Positions 62,048 to 64,000 of a DNA stretch of 64,000 nucleotides are shown piece by piece; the first letter of the stretch is position 1; every line of letters starts with the position of its first letter. Origin of the DNA: Raillietiella orientalis (Eukaryota); contig JAYWIR010000001.1 of the NCBI GenBank assembly GCA_036172245.1, positions 8,742,001 through 8,806,000 of the forward strand, written 5' to 3'. The translations under genes and the position numbers were made by a program. The notes beneath the pieces were generated by a model. That model saw nothing but the letters and a program-made list of their open reading frames with translations, did not search any database and was not told where the DNA came from.

Positions 62048-64000
62048 GGCAGAAGACGTTGTGAGAATATAAAATATAATCTAGGAGGGCCCTGAATCAT
62101 CTTCCTGTTCTTTCTTCTTCTGATGATATGATAGGCTACAGGAAAAGAGAAAGCTCCAAGCATCCGTCCGCTTGTCGGTCTGCAGGGAGACGCCTCCAGA
62201 CAGGGCTAGGCATGGGCATCCCTTAGCCAAAAGACTGCCAGTGGCAGCAGCATCGTTGGAGAACGGAGGAAAGCACAGGAAGAACACAGGAAAACATGAG
62301 ATGCAAAGGGCTGTCCTCTGATTCGTAAACATGTTCTATGGGTTGTTATGATACAACCACATCGAATACTTGGCACGTTCGAAGTAGGAACTGCATCACT
62401 GCTGCACGATTGAATCGGAGTCTTTATCCATTCCGTACGCACACTGCATTTCATCCACTTGATGCTCCATTGTGTTTTATGCGGGCTTACTTGAAGACGC
62501 TTCGCAATCCAAGTACACGAAACGGTCGATCAGTTAGTGTATCAGAAGGGGCTCCCCTTGCAACACCATGAACGCAAGTAAAACCTCCTATGATGAAAAT
62601 ATGAAAAGGGGATGATTGAGCAGATCGGTGTAGTTGATTCCTCTCGATTTTCTCATCCTCACCGTTCTCCGCGGGAGACAAACAGAATCGGAATGGAGCA
62701 AAACTGGTTTCGCAGGCGAGATGCTAACAGACCAGAATTTTCGGTTGCCCCGAGAGGCACACGAGGGTGAGCCCACTGTGGAAACTACCCGTTCACTGAT
62801 GTATGTGACGCAAGCCCGGTTAACGTAGCGTAACCACGTTTGGTGCTTGAAACGTTGCGAAACCTTTCCGAAATTTGTGAGGGGACTCTAGGAATGGCGG
62901 GGGAAGGGGGAGCTAGGAGCAGAATTGAGTTCCCTCCGTTGTTGCTGCACATTCGTGTCAAAGCTTCACATCATGGAATGCATCTCCTGCATGCTCAGGA
63001 GAGGTTTCCCTTTCTGAAAGGCTGCTTCCTGATTCATAAGCATGTTCTATAAGGTTGCTATGACACACTGCATTAAACGCGAAATGATCTTCACAATGGT
63101 GGATCACCTCGGTCGACGTACGAAGCGCTCTTCGCACCGAGGAAAGTGCTTTTTTACTTTTATTCTTAAATGCCTGAGTTAAAACCCGACCGCAGTGTTC
63201 ATCGAATGGAGTGCCATCTTATCTACTTTCTTTGAAATTTTTTCAACGATTGCGATTTCTAAACCCTCTATTCCATTTTGGAAAGGCTCCGCAAAGGCCG
63301 ATGCAATAGCAAGCGGCTCAGCTACTTCTGTCACATGATGGAGCTCCTAAGCTGCTCCACTCTCATCAGCTAACGCGCATGACGCAAAAGCAGATAAGAT
63401 TCCGGGTATGTCATTAACGCGTAAGAGAATTGGTTCATTCTCAATCACTACAATCTTGAAACTTGACAGTAAATAAGCGAAAATAGTCCGGATTCTCGCC
63501 TCAGGCTTGCGTGTGCGTCCTTTCGAATGAAACGTGTGCCAACCCCTAAAGGTTCCATTGGTCCTGGAAACGTGACCGGCACTTCACGAGCTCATGCACG
63601 TAAGCAAGCGAAATGGTTGTGAATTCGCCGAATGCACGAGGTTGGCAAACGTCCAGTGAAGAATCATGAAATCGTGGTTCGCACCTGAGCCACATCATTT
63701 CGTCGGTGCGAACACGCCGGGTTCCGTCCTTCCGACGTGCCAAAATGGAACGAGGTGCCTCGAAATGGACGTGAGTGGCGCGAAATAGGCAACTCCGATC
63801 AACGTAGAGGACTTCTTCCCTCAAGTTGAGATCTCGTCGCTGATTAGCAAAAGAAGGAGGTTTCTCTGTTTCAATGTGCCGAAATAAGTACTTCGATGTA
63901 GTTCCACAGAGGCTGCTACCACCTTGGTTCATGCTGGCCTTTGCTGAAAGAAAACTCCAGGGAACCACTTGAAAGAACACTGAAGCCAAAGGGGCAGTAT

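Noticed and set aside
63097..63125. GGTGGATCAC, resembling the 5' end of 5.8S rRNA
   Set aside because: Match is too short and does not extend.
63546..63989. 147-aa minus-strand ORF at the window edge
   Set aside because: Non-ATG start, no recognisable motif, context truncated.

Overview
Eukaryotic nuclear DNA, probably from an arthropod (degenerate TTAGG arrays, and a cox1 fragment that reads in the invertebrate mitochondrial code). The window has two compartments. About 1-27 kb is AT-rich and holds compact genes with mostly 36-52 nt introns: MTF-1, AMPK beta, a spliced 204-aa gene resembling the VPS9D1 N-terminus, Pinin and ACTMAP/C19orf54. About 27.7-61 kb is GC/CpG-rich and holds a 12-exon acid sphingomyelinase gene followed by about 20 kb of decayed L1/Tx1-type non-LTR retrotransposons. 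Notable details are a tail-to-tail CDS overlap, a U12-type intron, a GC-AG intron, a 16-nt micro-exon, a cox1 NUMT, a short MTF-1, and 3' hairpins in three L1 copies. I found no convincing new multi-gene system. All gene models were spliced by hand and all homology calls are from motif recognition, not database searches.
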